From the human T2T-CHM13v2.0 reference genome, Homo sapiens: a DNA stretch of 64,000 bases. How positions within the stretch are numbered: position 1 is the first letter of the stretch; each line of letters opens with the position of its first letter. Below, piece after piece: positions 14,158 to 27,775 of the stretch. The notes beneath the pieces were generated by a model that saw nothing but the letters and a program-made list of their open reading frames with translations, did no database searches and had not been told where the DNA came from. A program made the translations under genes and the position numbers. The DNA lies in assembly GCA_009914755.4 (NCBI GenBank), contig CP068257.2, positions 29,472,001 through 29,536,000 of the forward strand, written 5' to 3'.

Positions 14158-16112
14158 CCAGACACTTTTCGTTATTTTTATTGTTTGACAAGCATTTACA
14201 ACGTTCCATTCATAGACCTAAAAACATAAAAATAGACCTTCTTTCAGCTTATAAAAGAAATATATAAGAACTTTTGACATAGACACGTCATGACCTTATG
14301 TACAAGAGACAATGGCACCCTCTCCAAGCACCAGACTTCCGAGTGTTTTCAGATGGATGTGTTGCACTGGAGCCAGTAAATGCGACGATTAGAAGCCTCT
14401 GCTTCCGTTTTCCATCTGGACGCGATCGAACCGGAGATGATATGGAAAAATGCAGTGATACAAAGGGTATAGAAACCATTCTAAAGCTTTTTCAGAAAAC
14501 CAGAAGATATAGCAAAAATTTAATAGAATAAAACTTTCAAAAGATCAAGCTCGAAGCCCTGGAAACCCGAAAGGCGGGGGGAATACAGGGTGGGAACGCA
14601 GGAAAAGCAGGCAGAGGCACAAGAGCATGATGTACTGAACTCTCTATTGTCTGGAAATATAAAGTCATAACTGATTTTTATAAAATATAACTCCTAAAGC
14701 TACTATAAAATTCAGGTCTTTAAAGTACCTACTGATGTGTCAAACACCAAATAGATATTTTCCCCAAAAAGAAAGTTTTCATAGTATTTTAAACCCTTCT
14801 TAGGAAGTGGACATTGTGACATGGGAAAAGAAAAAGCTATAAACCTTTTTTTAAAAAAAAAAAAAAAATTGAAAGTGCTATAACTTGTTTTTCTTCTTAG
14901 TATTTGGATATCTGTTTAGACTGTTAATGTTTTGAGCATGTTTACCCTGTTTCGTTGGCATGAAGAAAGTGTTAAACACAAGAGAAGTTTTTAAAGAGGT
15001 TGTTCTGTTTAAAGGTTTGGTTATGGACTGTCAGGGAAGGGGAAGGTAATCTATGGATGAAGATGCAATTTTGATGGAAAAACCAATGATCACCATGGCA
15101 ACCCCATGAGAAGGAGGCTCCCCTCCCTGCCATGTGCAACAGACACACACACCGCCCACCGGGGTGTCATGTTTAATCCAACCAAACTCCCATCTCAAAT
15201 ATAGATTCAAACATTAAAAAAAAAAAATCCGCTTTTTGGAAGAAAAGTATATCCTTCGCATGAGCTTGCTGGCCTTTCATATATAAATATAAAACCACCA
15301 CGCCTCACTCTCTCTGTAAAAGGTTATATCCTCATTTTTTAGGCTCAGGGATACATACACTAACACTGTAAAATTCTCATCTATTTGTGCCCCTGTATCT
15401 CAGGTAAAATACAAAAAATAGTGTTTCTTTTCTTTCTCTCAAGCGATAAATTTGGATCTCTTTTCAAAGAGTTTGGCATCTCTATAATTCTATGCAAAAC
15501 TAGAGCTTCCGAACATGGACACAGAGTAAGACCAGCCATAGACCAAAACAGGAAGGAAAAAAAAAAAGAGGCTCATTGAAACATGAATCGCCACCCTCTC
15601 CTCACACATTCTTAAAATACACGGAGATTCTCAGACATGGAAGAGGGAAGGGTACAGTCAGAACACGGCAAGCTGTACACATTTCATTTTGTGTGTGAAA
15701 GAGGTTTCCCCAGCTAGGAGACTGATTTCAGATAGAAGGATCGTGTGTGTGCTACTATCCCTTAAATTAATCTGTTGTACATCCGTTAACTCCTGGGGTG
15801 ATTTGCTTTCCAGTGCTATAGAATCTTTTTTCTTTTAATTGTTCAGGCCCTGATTTATTGAGAATAAATAAAAGCCCTTAGTAATATACAGAAGATAGGA
15901 CTCAAGCTTATTTGGGATTCTGATCAATTCTTTCTGATGTTGTTGAAAATGACAAAGTTGGGTGGCTACATGGCTTCAGAACCAAGTCAGCTGCCAAAAC
16001 CGTGTGTGCAAGAGCGCGACCTAAGGGGACATTCTTGTCGACGGTACAGGAGGGTGGGCAGAGTTAGGGCAGGAAGTATCTACACACATTCTCTACGGGG
16101 CAGGTGACGCAG
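14158..16112 (-). other. TIAM1: TIAM1 3' UTR, inferred. It is the non-coding part of the terminal exon running from the stop to a putative cleavage site about 20 nt past AATAAA.
   Basis: No splice donor is apparent after the stop. The stretch is free of Alu and other interspersed repeats, unlike its surroundings. The length of about 1.95 kb is consistent with a long TIAM1 3' UTR. The exact 3' end is not determinable from sequence alone. Confidence 0.5.
14177..14182 (-). promoter_or_regulatory. TIAM1: Candidate polyadenylation signal AATAAA on the minus strand. The plus strand reads tttatt within gttatttttattg.
   Basis: It is a canonical hexamer at the expected distance below the stop, with U/GU-rich sequence downstream on the transcript strand. 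Another minus-strand AATAAA at about 15856-15861 could serve a shorter UTR isoform. Confidence 0.4.
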
Positions 16113-16582
16113 TCAGATCTCAGTGTTCAGTTTCCTGGAGGGGGCAAAGTCTTCACGCCTAACCCAAATGACTTCCTCGCTTGCGCTCTCCAGGCCTCCA
16201 TTGATCCCCGACAGGGCAGCTTGCTTCTTGAGCTGTGCCATGCGGGACGCGTGACTATCCAGGGTTTTCCGGCCTCTTTCCCGCTGACTGATGGAGGTGG
16301 CCTGAAGCCGCTCCTGCAGGTCTCTGTCCACTGAGGCACCCTTCACGGACTCACAGAACTCATCATCGTCACTGAGGATGTCTGTCTCCTTGATGTCATC
16401 TTGCTCCTCATACTGAGCAAGATCAAACTGCTCCTCTACCCATCGGTCAGTGTCCCCACCACCGGGGGGCTGCTGGGACTCTCTCTCCGGGCTGCTTGCG
16501 GAGACGGCATCAGAATCAATGGTAAACCTGTTTCGAGCCAGCCGCCGCCTCCTCCTCCCAAGAGACTTGCTTGGGGCAGACA
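16113..16582 (-). CDS. TIAM1: Coding part of the TIAM1 terminal exon. It encodes (V)SAPSKSLGRRRRRLARNRFTIDSDAVSASSPERESQQPPGGGDTDRWVEEQFDLAQYEEQDDIKETDILSDDDEFCESVKGASVDRDLQERLQATSISQRERGRKTLDSHASRMAQLKKQAALSGINGGLESASEEVIWVRREDFAPSRKLNTEI*. The TGA stop is at 16113-16115.
   Basis: Acceptor gtgtgcAG|TGTCTG. The frame stays open for 156 codons to the stop. The C-terminus ...APSRKLNTEI matches my memory of TIAM1. Confidence 0.9.
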
Positions 16583-19500
16583 CTGCACACACACACAAAA
16601 ATATAAAAATAAAACCCCCACATGCTTTACGTGAGATGAAAATCCAGAAAGCAAAGGACAGGAGAAAATAAAAACCAAAACGGTATGCATTGAATGCCTT
16701 GATGTCTTTTGGGGCTTAAAGTCTACATATCACCAATCTGTCATGGAGCATTTACCTTGTCGAGGTATCTGGACTTAGAGGATGTTCTAGCAACTGATGC
16801 AAGGGCAAGGGGGAACCGGGGCACACAGGAGAGGTTGTAGGTTATGGGCAAAGGGGCACTCAACTCCCTCTGAAATAATCTACTGTTCTAGCCTGTGCAC
16901 CTAAGAGATGGGTAACACAGACAGCAGCTGCTCTCAAGTAGACAGACCACTGATTTGGGGATCAGTTAGTGAGTTAGTGTCCTCAATCCTGGCCATGTCC
17001 CATGGCCCAGTGCTATGAAGATCCCCAGGGCTGTCCCAGGGTTGTTTAGCTGGAATAGGTCTTTAGTAAGGGTGGGGGTGCATCTATGGTTTTGCTGTCT
17101 TTGTAGAATGTGCATCAAGGAGGCAGAAGCACCAGTGTAAGTTACTTGTTTTCTGGGAACTGGAACATAACATTTCTTGGGATCTGCAGTTAGATTAAGG
17201 GCACCACGTCACTCTTAGAGAGCCTATGAAAAAGAGTGGCTCTCAAAGACATGGGATCTTCAGTTATTTCCCTGTCTTCTTTCTGACAAAGTCCCACATG
17301 AGCTAGGAAGCTAAGCAAATGTGTGCCTTAGTCTCCCCCAATTACAGTCTGTGTATCACTCATTCTTCTCCAAAGCAATTAACATATCAGTGCCTCATTG
17401 GAATGAGAAATAAAAAACCGATGACATCCAAGCAGTTTGATCAACAAAGTGCTGTATAAAGTGACTACCAGTTAAGAAAAATTCATTCTTTCACCTACTG
17501 CCCTCTAGGAAGCCAGAATTAAAAACAAGCAAACAAAAGACACCATCCGATCAAGCCAACAATCCCACCACACACATACACGAGACTGCTCACAGGGAAG
17601 GCTTCTGCTTCTCCCTCGAGAGTGAAGCGGTTGTTGCATTAGACACGAAAAGGTGAAATGCAACACGGGCTTTCCAGTGGAGGGGAAGAGTCTCAACGCC
17701 AACTGGGAGCTGCTTTCCTGAAACCTAAGCCCCAGAACCATCCAATTGCTTCAGTGCTGCTAGAAGATGCCTCGTGTCTCAATTACTGCCAAATGCAGCC
17801 TTGACTTCGAACCCAGCAGGCACAGGGTTAGAGTGGTCAACGAGGGGCTGAATTGGCTCTCATGGCAGCCATCCTCTGCTTCAGACCCCTGCGTGTCCAT
17901 CACTATTCCTGAGTGTTCCGCCATCTAAAACTGTGGAACAAATGGACACTACTGTTGGTTGAGGATGGGAATAAAAGCCATTTCCAGGCAAAATGGAAAA
18001 AGGGAATAGAAAATAGGAAAAAAAACAAACAAACTCCGACTTCTATTGAGAAGAGACAAAAATTCTTGTTCACTTTTATCTCAGCACCAGCAAAATACAG
18101 CATCCCTCTCTCCAATCACCACATTAGAACTACCCCAACTCAAAGCTACTGGAAATATTTGTTAATGATTTGCATGCTGAAGTATCTAGGAGTAAAGTGT
18201 GTTAATGTCTACATCTTTGAAATATGTCAAAAATAAGATGAGGTGATGGATGACAGATGGATTCTAACAGATGAGTGATAATGAGAATATAGAAAAACAT
18301 TATAGAATATAGATGGTAGGTATGAATTCTTTCAGCTCTTCTATAAGTTTAAACATTTTCATAAGAAAATAGATAGAACAAAGAAAAAAATTTTTAATTG
18401 GGTTATTGGCAAACGTATAGTACTTTAGGCTGAATATGGAAGCAGAGTATTTGGCTTTACTATCCTAGCCAAACAGAACAGAGGGAGAAATAAACTACCT
18501 GAGTATTCAAGACAAAGCAAAATGAAGCATGAGTATCTGTTCCTAGTATGCTTAAGAACCCGGCTACCATTATTGGGTTCTTCCCAGTCTTTCAGGGATG
18601 CAATCTTTGACTATTTCCAGTGGTCACTGTTAAGACTGACCAGCTATGCTGTGCTGATCTACTCAGGCACCATTTTAAAATCCTCTGACATGAAGATTCT
18701 GAGGATAGTGAGATGCCTCCAAACAAAGTGATACAGACTTTCTTCAGCCAAAAATGAGCCATCAGGCAGAAAGATCTTTCAATCAGCTAAATCCAACAGG
18801 CTATGACATCAAGGCTTTCTCTTGGTAATCATGACGGACGATGGTGTTAAATTGTGGGCTGGTTTTGTTTTCTTTCCAAATGGATCTCAGCAGGAAAACT
18901 TCTGAGTGACAGACTAACCATGCTTAGTTTCAAAGTAAATGCAGCTCTGAATTTAGGTTCATTGATTAACAACTGAAACAGGTTGAGTTCCCTGAGGTTG
19001 AGACACATATTCCCAAACCTTTTTAAACATTTCCCTAGCAAACAAGAGGGGCAGATAAGACAAATCCAAGATAAAAATCTCTAAAGTGAGTTATAAAGGA
19101 CCAATAAACTATTCTTCCATGGCGACCCCATGCGAAACTGCGCATATGGACGTATGAAAGACTCTTAGGATACATCAGAAAACTCAGCAAAGTGCTGGGT
19201 GTTCACTGCACTAAGTTTTCAACAAACATTTATCAATTGATTGGAGAAGAGGTTTACAGTAACTAGTCCCCTAAATTAAATTTAAGGTGCTTGAAGAATG
19301 TAATATCCCATGTCAAGCCAGGTAGGTTTTGTCTATGAAAACCTTCAAGCATTCACACTTCTGTCCATCCCTCTTCAATAGGTAGGATGGTAATGGGTAC
19401 AAAGGCCAGAAACTTTTCTGGCAAGTGCAAAGGGGGCCTTCTTTTAATGAAATCCTCCCTGCAAAATTCTGGGCTGCCTCTTAAGAAAGGTTTGATAAAA

Positions 19501-20266
19501 ATGTTAGTATCTTGATGTCATTAAGTCCCTAAGTATTAAAACAGCCTTCTTCCTAGATACATTTTGCTACCATTGACAGGTGGCAGTATTTATTTTATTT
19601 CTCTATTGCTCCACTGTAATGGATTAAGTCCTACAAGAATATTTATGCTGGGACCATTTAAACTCTAGATTCTTGTTTCCAAGAATAGCTCGAGGCTTCC
19701 CCAAATTAACATGGAGACTAAAAATAAAGTTGCAGGCACAAGGTCAGGATAAAAACTGGAAGTGCCATGTGGGCTACCAAACCTAGAATCCTTACTACTG
19801 AGAGCAGGCATTGCTGTGCTGCCAGGCCGTGAAGCCACCATGTTCTCAGAACAGAGGGCTGTGACCTTGCTGAAATGTGACACACGGCTTTCTGCTAGAC
19901 AAAGCTGGCTGTCATGCAAAGCAGCGACTCTCATTCTGCAAGCAGGCTGAGACAGCCTCTCCAGAAAGAGGATGTGTCTGCAACCCGACTTGGCAAATGA
20001 GGGAGGAGCTCACCAGCCAAAAGGAGAAGGGAGGCAAAGGGAAGGCTTGAGGGAGGACAAGAGGAATGTAGATACAGGGCGGATCCCCAGGAGCCACTGG
20101 GAAGGAGGCAAGGGCAAGGAACCTCACACCAGGGAAAAACCGTCCTCCTACATCAGCCCCCACCAGGCCACACCTCACCCCCACTCAACAAGGAGGTCAA
20201 GCTCACTGGAGTTCTACTGCGGAGTGGGGGTGACGGGAATCTTGAACGTCCGAATCCCCACAGTAC

Positions 20267-20439
20267 CTGCCCTGCTCATGGCCGGCCTGGCCCCCTTCAG
20301 TGCACACAATCTTTTGCCTCCAAAAGGGACATATTGCTGGGATGAGGGAAGGCTCTCGGTTTTGAGGAGCTGTCTTCTGTGCTTATCACGCAGGATTGAA
20401 TGCACAGCCTTTAGGAAATCCTTTCGGCTCTCTGGGGAG
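20267..20439 (-). CDS. TIAM1: TIAM1 exon, 173 bp, encoding (S)SPESRKDFLKAVHSILRDKHRRQLLKTESLPSSQQYVPFGGKRLCALKGARPAMSRA(V)
   Basis: Acceptor tttcctAG|CTCCCC and donor GGGCAG|GTACTG. I checked the reverse complement base by base and got 173 bp with consistent phases. Confidence 0.87.
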
Positions 20440-21275
20440 CTAGGAAAAGAAGATTTACAGATGTTAGAGAATCAGGGCTTAACACATGGGGAACTTCTAA
20501 GGTTATCAGGTGCAACCAAATAAATATCCCTTAGGGCCAAAGGCTAAAGACTGAGGCCTTGACTCCAATTTCTATGCTGAGCGGTGATTTCACGCCAGTG
20601 ATAAAGAGCACATAACTCCTTTCCCTTCATGCTTTGTGATCTATCTCCTGGCGCTGATGTGGGGCAGAGTAGCCCATTAACGAACAGATCTATGGACAGT
20701 GGGAGTTTGTACCAAGAAGCTGCCAAATTCTGCTCCTGGCACTCAAGGCAGAGTTTTTCATTATAAAATGTTTTTGAGGGCAAATGAACCACAAGATTCT
20801 TGCGGCTCTGCAGAGCACCCAAAGGCCGACGTCTCAACGTCCTAATGTCCTCTAGAGCTGAGCTCCCTCCTGGTAAATATCAATGGTTCCCATGACACAT
20901 TTCAACATGTATATATTAAGGCTGTAAAGAACTATAAAATCTTCCCAAGTCCTAATTCTCATGGTTAAAAAAAAAAAAAAAAAGTGCTTCCTAGGAAGAG
21001 TTATTTTTCTTATTATATTCCCAATATTTTTACCCAGGTAAGTTTTACCTGGTATTCCCTATTAACAATAAATACGGCATCCGTGTAGGCAGGGCTACTA
21101 AACCCCATGGACCTTACCAACAAAATCACAAACAGATGAGCCAAAATAGACGGTAAAGGTGGTGCTCAAACCCCACGAGGTTATACAAACAACATTTCAC
21201 TTATAGTCCTGACAGCTTCCCGGGGATCTGCCTTTTGTTGACCTCTGTCACCCAACACAGAGAGATCTGATGTAG

Positions 21276-21644
<369 letters not shown>

Positions 21645-21704
21645 TAGGCTAAGTACCATCTCTAAGCCTTGCTTCCCCATTTGTAAACTGGAGTAAGAAT
21701 TGTA

Positions 21705-21809
21705 TTAGGTTGGTGCAAAAAATAATTGCAGTTTTTGCCATTAAAAGTAATGGCACTTTTAATTACTTTTAATGGTAAAAACTGCAGTTTCTTTTTGTAC
21801 CAACCTAAT
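21705..21809. mobile_element. MADE1 (Hsmar1-derived MITE), a palindromic element of about 80-100 bp
   Basis: ttaggttggtgcaaaaaataattgcagtttttgccattaaaagtaatggca...tgcagtttctttttgtaccaacctaa has nearly perfect inverted termini characteristic of MADE1. Confidence 0.9.
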
Positions 21810-22005
21810 ACCTTGGTCTGACTAAATGAAATAATGAATGTAAGGTGTTTAGCATAGTTCATGCTTGGTAAAGGTACCTTCTTACCATACTAACATTATA
21901 AAATATTGCTAATAATCATAATATTGATTCTATTGTCTTTTGTAGGTAATCCATAGTATATTAGTACTCACTGTGTGAGGTACTGGGTAATTACTGAGTA
22001 AATCA

Positions 22006-22404
<399 letters not shown>

Positions 22405-22810
22405 TCATCTATCTTGTATTTTTAGAAAAATAAAAGAATAGGTTTCATATGGGAGAAGACCTCAAATTCTCATGGCGGAGGGAGAGAATACAAGGAAGGG
22501 CAAAAGAGGGTGGCAGGGTAGAAGAAAAACAACAAGAAATAAGTAGAAGCCCACATCATGAGCCCAGCTTCCCCTCAAGACGTGCAGGTGATCAACACAG
22601 GCTGACCTCCATATGTGCTCCAAATGATCAGGAATCCCGATAACACCTTCACAAGCTGTCAGCTCCTCCCAGCTGACTCTCCATTTACTGCATCTCAGTG
22701 ATGTTACAGTACAAACAACGTACCAAACACCAGAACACAACGTAAGACACCAAACCGTTCCAATCTGCAGAAATGTCAACACGGCCTCGACTTTACAGGC
22801 CCAGGCTCAC

Positions 22811-22898
22811 CTGCAGCACAAGTGAAAGACCCTCTCCGGCCTCCCTTCAGACTCGGATTTTACATGGACAATTTCACACACGGCATTTGCCTCTGCAT
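22811..22898 (-). CDS. TIAM1: TIAM1 PH-domain exon, 88 bp, encoding (D)AEANAVCEIVHVKSESEGRPERVFHLCC(S)
   Basis: Acceptor ttctttAG|ATGCAG and donor TGCTGCAG|GTGAGC. It enters in phase 1 and leaves in phase 2. Confidence 0.87.
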
Positions 22899-23135
22899 CT
22901 AAAGAAATTAAAACAACAATGAATCAGGGTATGTTTCAAGTGGATTTATTTACATGTTTGCAAAAGCATTTTTCAGCTGTGATAGAGGATTAATAATGCA
23001 GAACACTGTATAAGATCAAAGATATTTTCCTACTATTTCACAATCTAAAGAGATGAAGCGACTGAAAGCTTAATGGATGCAAAGAAGAGAACACTTGGAA
23101 AATTTCCAGTTGGTAAAATCTTCTAGATGGTCTAA

Positions 23136-23461
<326 letters not shown>

Positions 23462-25142
23462 TGAACTCACTCTTCCAGCCATGCAGTCTGGTTAACTGAA
23501 CTGTGCATTTCAATTAAATGATTAATTGTTTTGGCAACAGTTGGACTCAGTGGAGCCAAAGCCTCCTATGCAGATTTCATCCGGCCAGGGATACGACAGG
23601 TAAGCCTTTGCTGTCTGTTAAGGGAGGCTTCCCCCAGGTGGCTGGGCCTAAAGCCCTGGAGACCTAATTGGGTTTCTCGTCCCCAGCCTACCCCTGGAGT
23701 CTGCTTTGAACACAGCAGAAAATGGTATATCAAGAAGGTAAGGGACAATTTTAAAATAATTTTGAAGCTCTGTAGTGCCTATAATAGCACAGTACTTTAA
23801 GTCATGAATAAAGTGTTTGTGAAAGGAACAATTCACTGCAGACATTCAGGCCATACATTGTGAAGTCTCACTTTTATCCAGTGGTTCAGAACCCTGGTCA
23901 CAAACCCTCACTGTGGTTGCATGATTTAACCCTAACCAGAATCTATCTGCAAAAAATTGTACAAACTTTCCAAACTAAAATAAAAACCTAGAAATTCCAC
24001 GTTGTGATTCTCAAATCCACTAGAGTGGATTTCATAATGAAAGACATCTTGACTAGCCTTTATAACTCAACTAAAATAAGCTTTTATCTTGATGGTTTTA
24101 AACTTGACTTGAATGAAAAATAGAGAGTGAGAATGGAATGTCGTATTACAAAGATGGCTTTGTCTTCAAAATTTGAAGTTTTTATGTGTTTACTCCTCAA
24201 CGCAGGCGAAATTCCTGGCTTAGAAGCTGTCAGTTTGCTACAGAAATAAACTTTCCCATTTGTAAACCTGGCATGAGGAAACAAAGGAACTAGATAATTC
24301 ATAACCTACGATTCTAAGTAAGACTTTAGTATTTAAGTGCTCAAACCTCAAAATGCTATGTATTGCTGCCCTAGACTCACAACTTACAGGTGCCTGCAAA
24401 TTCATATATAAATCAATTTTGCAAATCACATCATAAGTAAAAGGGCATCCGGCAAATCTCTACTGGAAGCTTAGAGAGAAACCTTCTAAAACAAATAATC
24501 ATTCCAAATATATTTGCCCTACATGGTTTTTGCATTTGAGTTTTCCTACTGTAAGGCAGAAAAACTGTGAAGGAAGAGATGCCTCATTTAATTTGGAAGA
24601 GTAACTCAAAGTGTGCAAAATATGGCAAGAGGGTTCTCCTCATGACGTTGGACTAGGGTGGGTTGGTTTTCTGAGGATCAGATCCAGTTTTACTGCTTAT
24701 GACAAGTGGAAACAAGGAGGCTAAAAAACAGAAATTGGATAGTAGGAACTTGTAGATGCCAAAAGCATAAAATAGAAATTCTCTTGATCATGCACCTGCA
24801 GGTCTCTACCACCAAGGCTTTTCTTTACCAAAGCTGCACCTGCTGTCCAAGTGGGACAGGGAACAGATGTGGCTAAAGAGTTTCCATTTGACTCTCCAGA
24901 GATGCTCATTCCAGGATGTGCCTGGGAGAGCCACACAGTCCATTCCTCCTCTTGAGAACTTGGCTTCAAATTAGGCCCAGGATGGGGAGCTTCTGGGTCA
25001 CAGAAATATCACTTTTCTTAGTCAGTACCCCTGCTACTCATGTGTTTCAAGCATCGTCTAATTATATTATGAAGTATACTTATAGCTACCCAACAACTCA
25101 CTTCACTGCTATGTGGATCACAGAAAAAGAATCAACATTTCA

Positions 25143-25430
25143 GGTTGGGCATGGCAGCTCACGTCTGTAATCCCAACACTTTGGGAGGCCAAGGCGGGAG
25201 GCTTGCTTGAGCCCAGGAGTTCAAGCCTAGCCTGGGCAAAATAGCAAAACCCTATTTCTACAAAATATTTAAAAAATTAGCTGGTTGTGCTGGCACATGC
25301 CTGTAGTCCCAGGTACTTGGAAAAGATAGCTTGAGCCTAGAAATTTGAGGCTACAGTGAGCTATGATAGCACCACTGCTCTCCAGCCTGAGCAATGGAAT
25401 GAGACCCCATCTTTAAAAAAATTAAAATCA
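25143..25430 (+). mobile_element. Alu SINE (AluJ-like)
   Basis: ggttgggcatggcagctcacgtctgtaatcccaacactttgggaggccaaggcgggagg...gagaccccatctttaaaaaaa. Confidence 0.9.
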
Positions 25431-25751
25431 ATGTAAAAAAGAATCAACATTTTAAAAGCCTTCACACTAACAGCAAAGATAAAGATTTGTAATACTTTAG
25501 GGAAAAAACATGTGTAGTCAATGCTTTTTAGTGCTTTTGGTGGTATTTTTGGATCTCTCAGTTGAAAGGCAAGTGAGTAGTTTATGTGGGCTTTGTTTGC
25601 TCAGTCTCAAGGATTCTTTCAAGAAGCACAGGCTCACTGTACTCAGGTGGTAGTCACTATAGTATTAATCTATAGAATAGAATAACTAGAATCTTTTCCA
25701 GGAATTTTGAAGACATTACACATCCATTCACTCAGTTCATTCATTCACTTG

Positions 25752-25776
25752 GTTCATTCATTCATTCATTCAATAT
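25752..25776. repeat. (ATTC)n microsatellite
   Basis: ttcattcattcattcattcaat. Confidence 0.9.
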
Positions 25777-25958
25777 TTAATCAATGGCTGGGTAAATAAG
25801 AGGCAATAGAGAGACCGAGAGACAAGAGAGTTAAGCATAGGGAAAAAAAAAAAAAAAAGACGGTAGAAGAGTTAGACCAAGAGTGTGGATTCAAACAAAT
25901 AATTCCTACACACATCAGAAATATGTGTGTGAAATACCCAGCACAGGTGAGAGTTTAC

Positions 25959-26061
25959 CTGCACTCGCCAAAGCTCGAACCTGCAGCGCTTCCGTGGGGA
26001 TCATGTGTCGAAATCTGAAGGGGTCCCAGTCCTCATAAATGGAAAGCCTGTGAGATCCTAC
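25959..26061 (-). CDS. TIAM1: TIAM1 PH-domain exon, 103 bp, encoding VGSHRLSIYEDWDPFRFRHMIPTEALQVRALASA(D)
   Basis: Acceptor ctctgcAG|GTAGGA and donor AGTGCAG|GTAAAC. Confidence 0.87.
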
Positions 26062-26635
26062 CTGCAGAGGAGAAGGAACCAGCTGCATAAGAAGAATCTA
26101 ACCTGCCCCGGACCAGTTCCCTGCATTTTCTAAACCAGCGACAGACTCTCACGCAGTAACTCTAGGCGTGCCCAAAGGATCTTCACCCCCATGAGCTCCT
26201 GTCCATCCAGCAGGAAGTGAGAGGCTGCGTGATAAATACGTTGAGGGGAGGGTGTGCAAAGAAGTTTGCTAAGCAAATGCAGTGAAGAGAGACACACAGA
26301 GAAGAGGAGAAAAAGGATCCCAAAAGAAGAACAGGGGCAACAGAGAAGGGGAAAAGTAGCGTTAGGAAGGTTCTGGGCCATGGCAGACCCAATCACCAAT
26401 TGAGTCCAGTTGGTTCCAATTCACAAAAATGAGACCAATTCATGTTTGTGCTCTAAACATAAGCCTGCCTGAAAAGATGGCAGGATGAGTGATCTCAAGC
26501 ATCCTTAGCAATGCTTAAGAAAGAAAAAAGATCATAAAAAGGCTCATACTGACAAAATGGTAGAATTATGCAGGCATAACTGATAAGCAGATAGAGAAAT
26601 AGTTTCAAACCATGGGGTAACATAAGATGTCTTAC

Positions 26636-26694
26636 AAGTTTCTTCTTCTGTTTGGAACCATCTTTATACACAAGGACCACAGCAGTTTTGAAGA
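26636..26694 (-). CDS. TIAM1: TIAM1 C-terminal PH-domain exon, 59 bp, encoding (V)FKTAVVLVYKDGSKQKKKL
   Basis: Acceptor ttttccAG|TCTTCA and donor AAACTT|GTAAGA. Phases are consistent. Confidence 0.85.
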
Positions 26695-27477
26695 CTGGAA
26701 AAAATAAAATAAAGACAGTTATGGTATGTCATGTGTAGGGTTTTCCCCTTGACATCACCAACTTGTGGTAATAAACACTACAGTTATGAAGAGGACGTTG
26801 AGATCCCAGTTAACTGACTCCCACCCACCTTCCATTCATTCATCACATCTGTGAAAATCAAAAGCCTATTGAGACACAAGTTTCCAGGTTCAAAATAAAC
26901 ATAGAAAGCCTACATAAATGGAATTAACCTATGGCCCAAAAAACTTTTGCGTAAAATATGTTAGGTATGATACAATTTCAAGGTTAAAACTTCAGCTGAT
27001 ACATATTCAACAAAAATGTACTAATTCAGTAGATGGAGGAATAATATAAACGTCTTTCACAATAACAATGCAATTGCTGAAGATGATTTACATTTATGCA
27101 AATTAAGGTAATAGTGCACATAGACAGTGATAATTTAGGAAATATAACTCATCTTTTGACCTAAAGAAACAAAAATGAGTTTATGAAATAGAATTCAACT
27201 GTATGTCTTCCAGAATGACTGAATCAGGTAAGCTCTCTAGGAGTGGTAAACATGTAGTTTCATTCTTATATTCTTTCGGGGGTGGGGAGATACAATGGAG
27301 TTATGCATAATCTTCCAGAGAATTTGTTAAGCAATGCCAAGCACATTTAACCTGCAGTGATTCTGATTCTTCCTAGAAGGGTAAGTAGAGTTGGCACCCA
27401 GAAGGAATAGAAGGGTGACTGACTCCTGCCTGTCCTTTGTTCTCTGTGTCAGCGTCTCTGCTATGGTCCAAATGTTT

Positions 27478-27775
27478 GTGTTTCCCCAAAATTCATACCT
27501 TGAAACTAATCACCCTTGTGATGGTTTCAGGAGGTGGGCCTTTGAGAAGTGATCAGGCCCTGAGGACTCTGTCCTCATGAATGGGATGAGTGTCCTTATA
27601 AGAGACTTGAGAGAGATGCCTTGACCCTTTCGCCATATGAAGCCACAGCTAGGAAGTAGGAGAAAGCAGGATCTTGGACTTCCAGCCTCCACAACTGTGA
27701 GAAATAAATCTCTGTTGTTTGGAAGCTGGCCACTTTATGGTATTTTGTTATAGCAGCCCAAATGGACTAAGATAG
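27478..27775 (+). repeat. Copy A of an ancient interspersed repeat. I cannot name the family from memory.
   Basis: It shares a long motif series with the copy at 61025-61400 (..aaattcat..ttgaa..cctaa..ggtgggcc..ccttataaga..cttggacttccagcctcc.aactgtgagaaataaat..tgttgtttaagcc..tatggtattttgttatagcagcc). Shorter fragments lie at about 480-640 (minus) and 1768-1818 (plus). Confidence 0.55.

Noticed and set aside
16436-16690. Alternative-frame ORFs overlapping the TIAM1 terminal exon (16436..16690 -, 16127..16339 -, 16104..16334 +, 16401..16634 +)
   Set aside because: Only the frame entered from the upstream exon, which yields ...VSAPSKSLGRRRRR...KLNTEI*, is splice-consistent and matches TIAM1. 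The others are frame artefacts in a GC-rich exon.
19972-20523. 183-aa plus-strand ORF overlapping the TIAM1 exon at 20267-20439 on the opposite strand
   Set aside because: It is an antisense chance ORF in a GC-richer exon region. It has no splice-consistent structure, the track uses prokaryote-style alternative starts, and the sense-strand exon is unambiguously supported.
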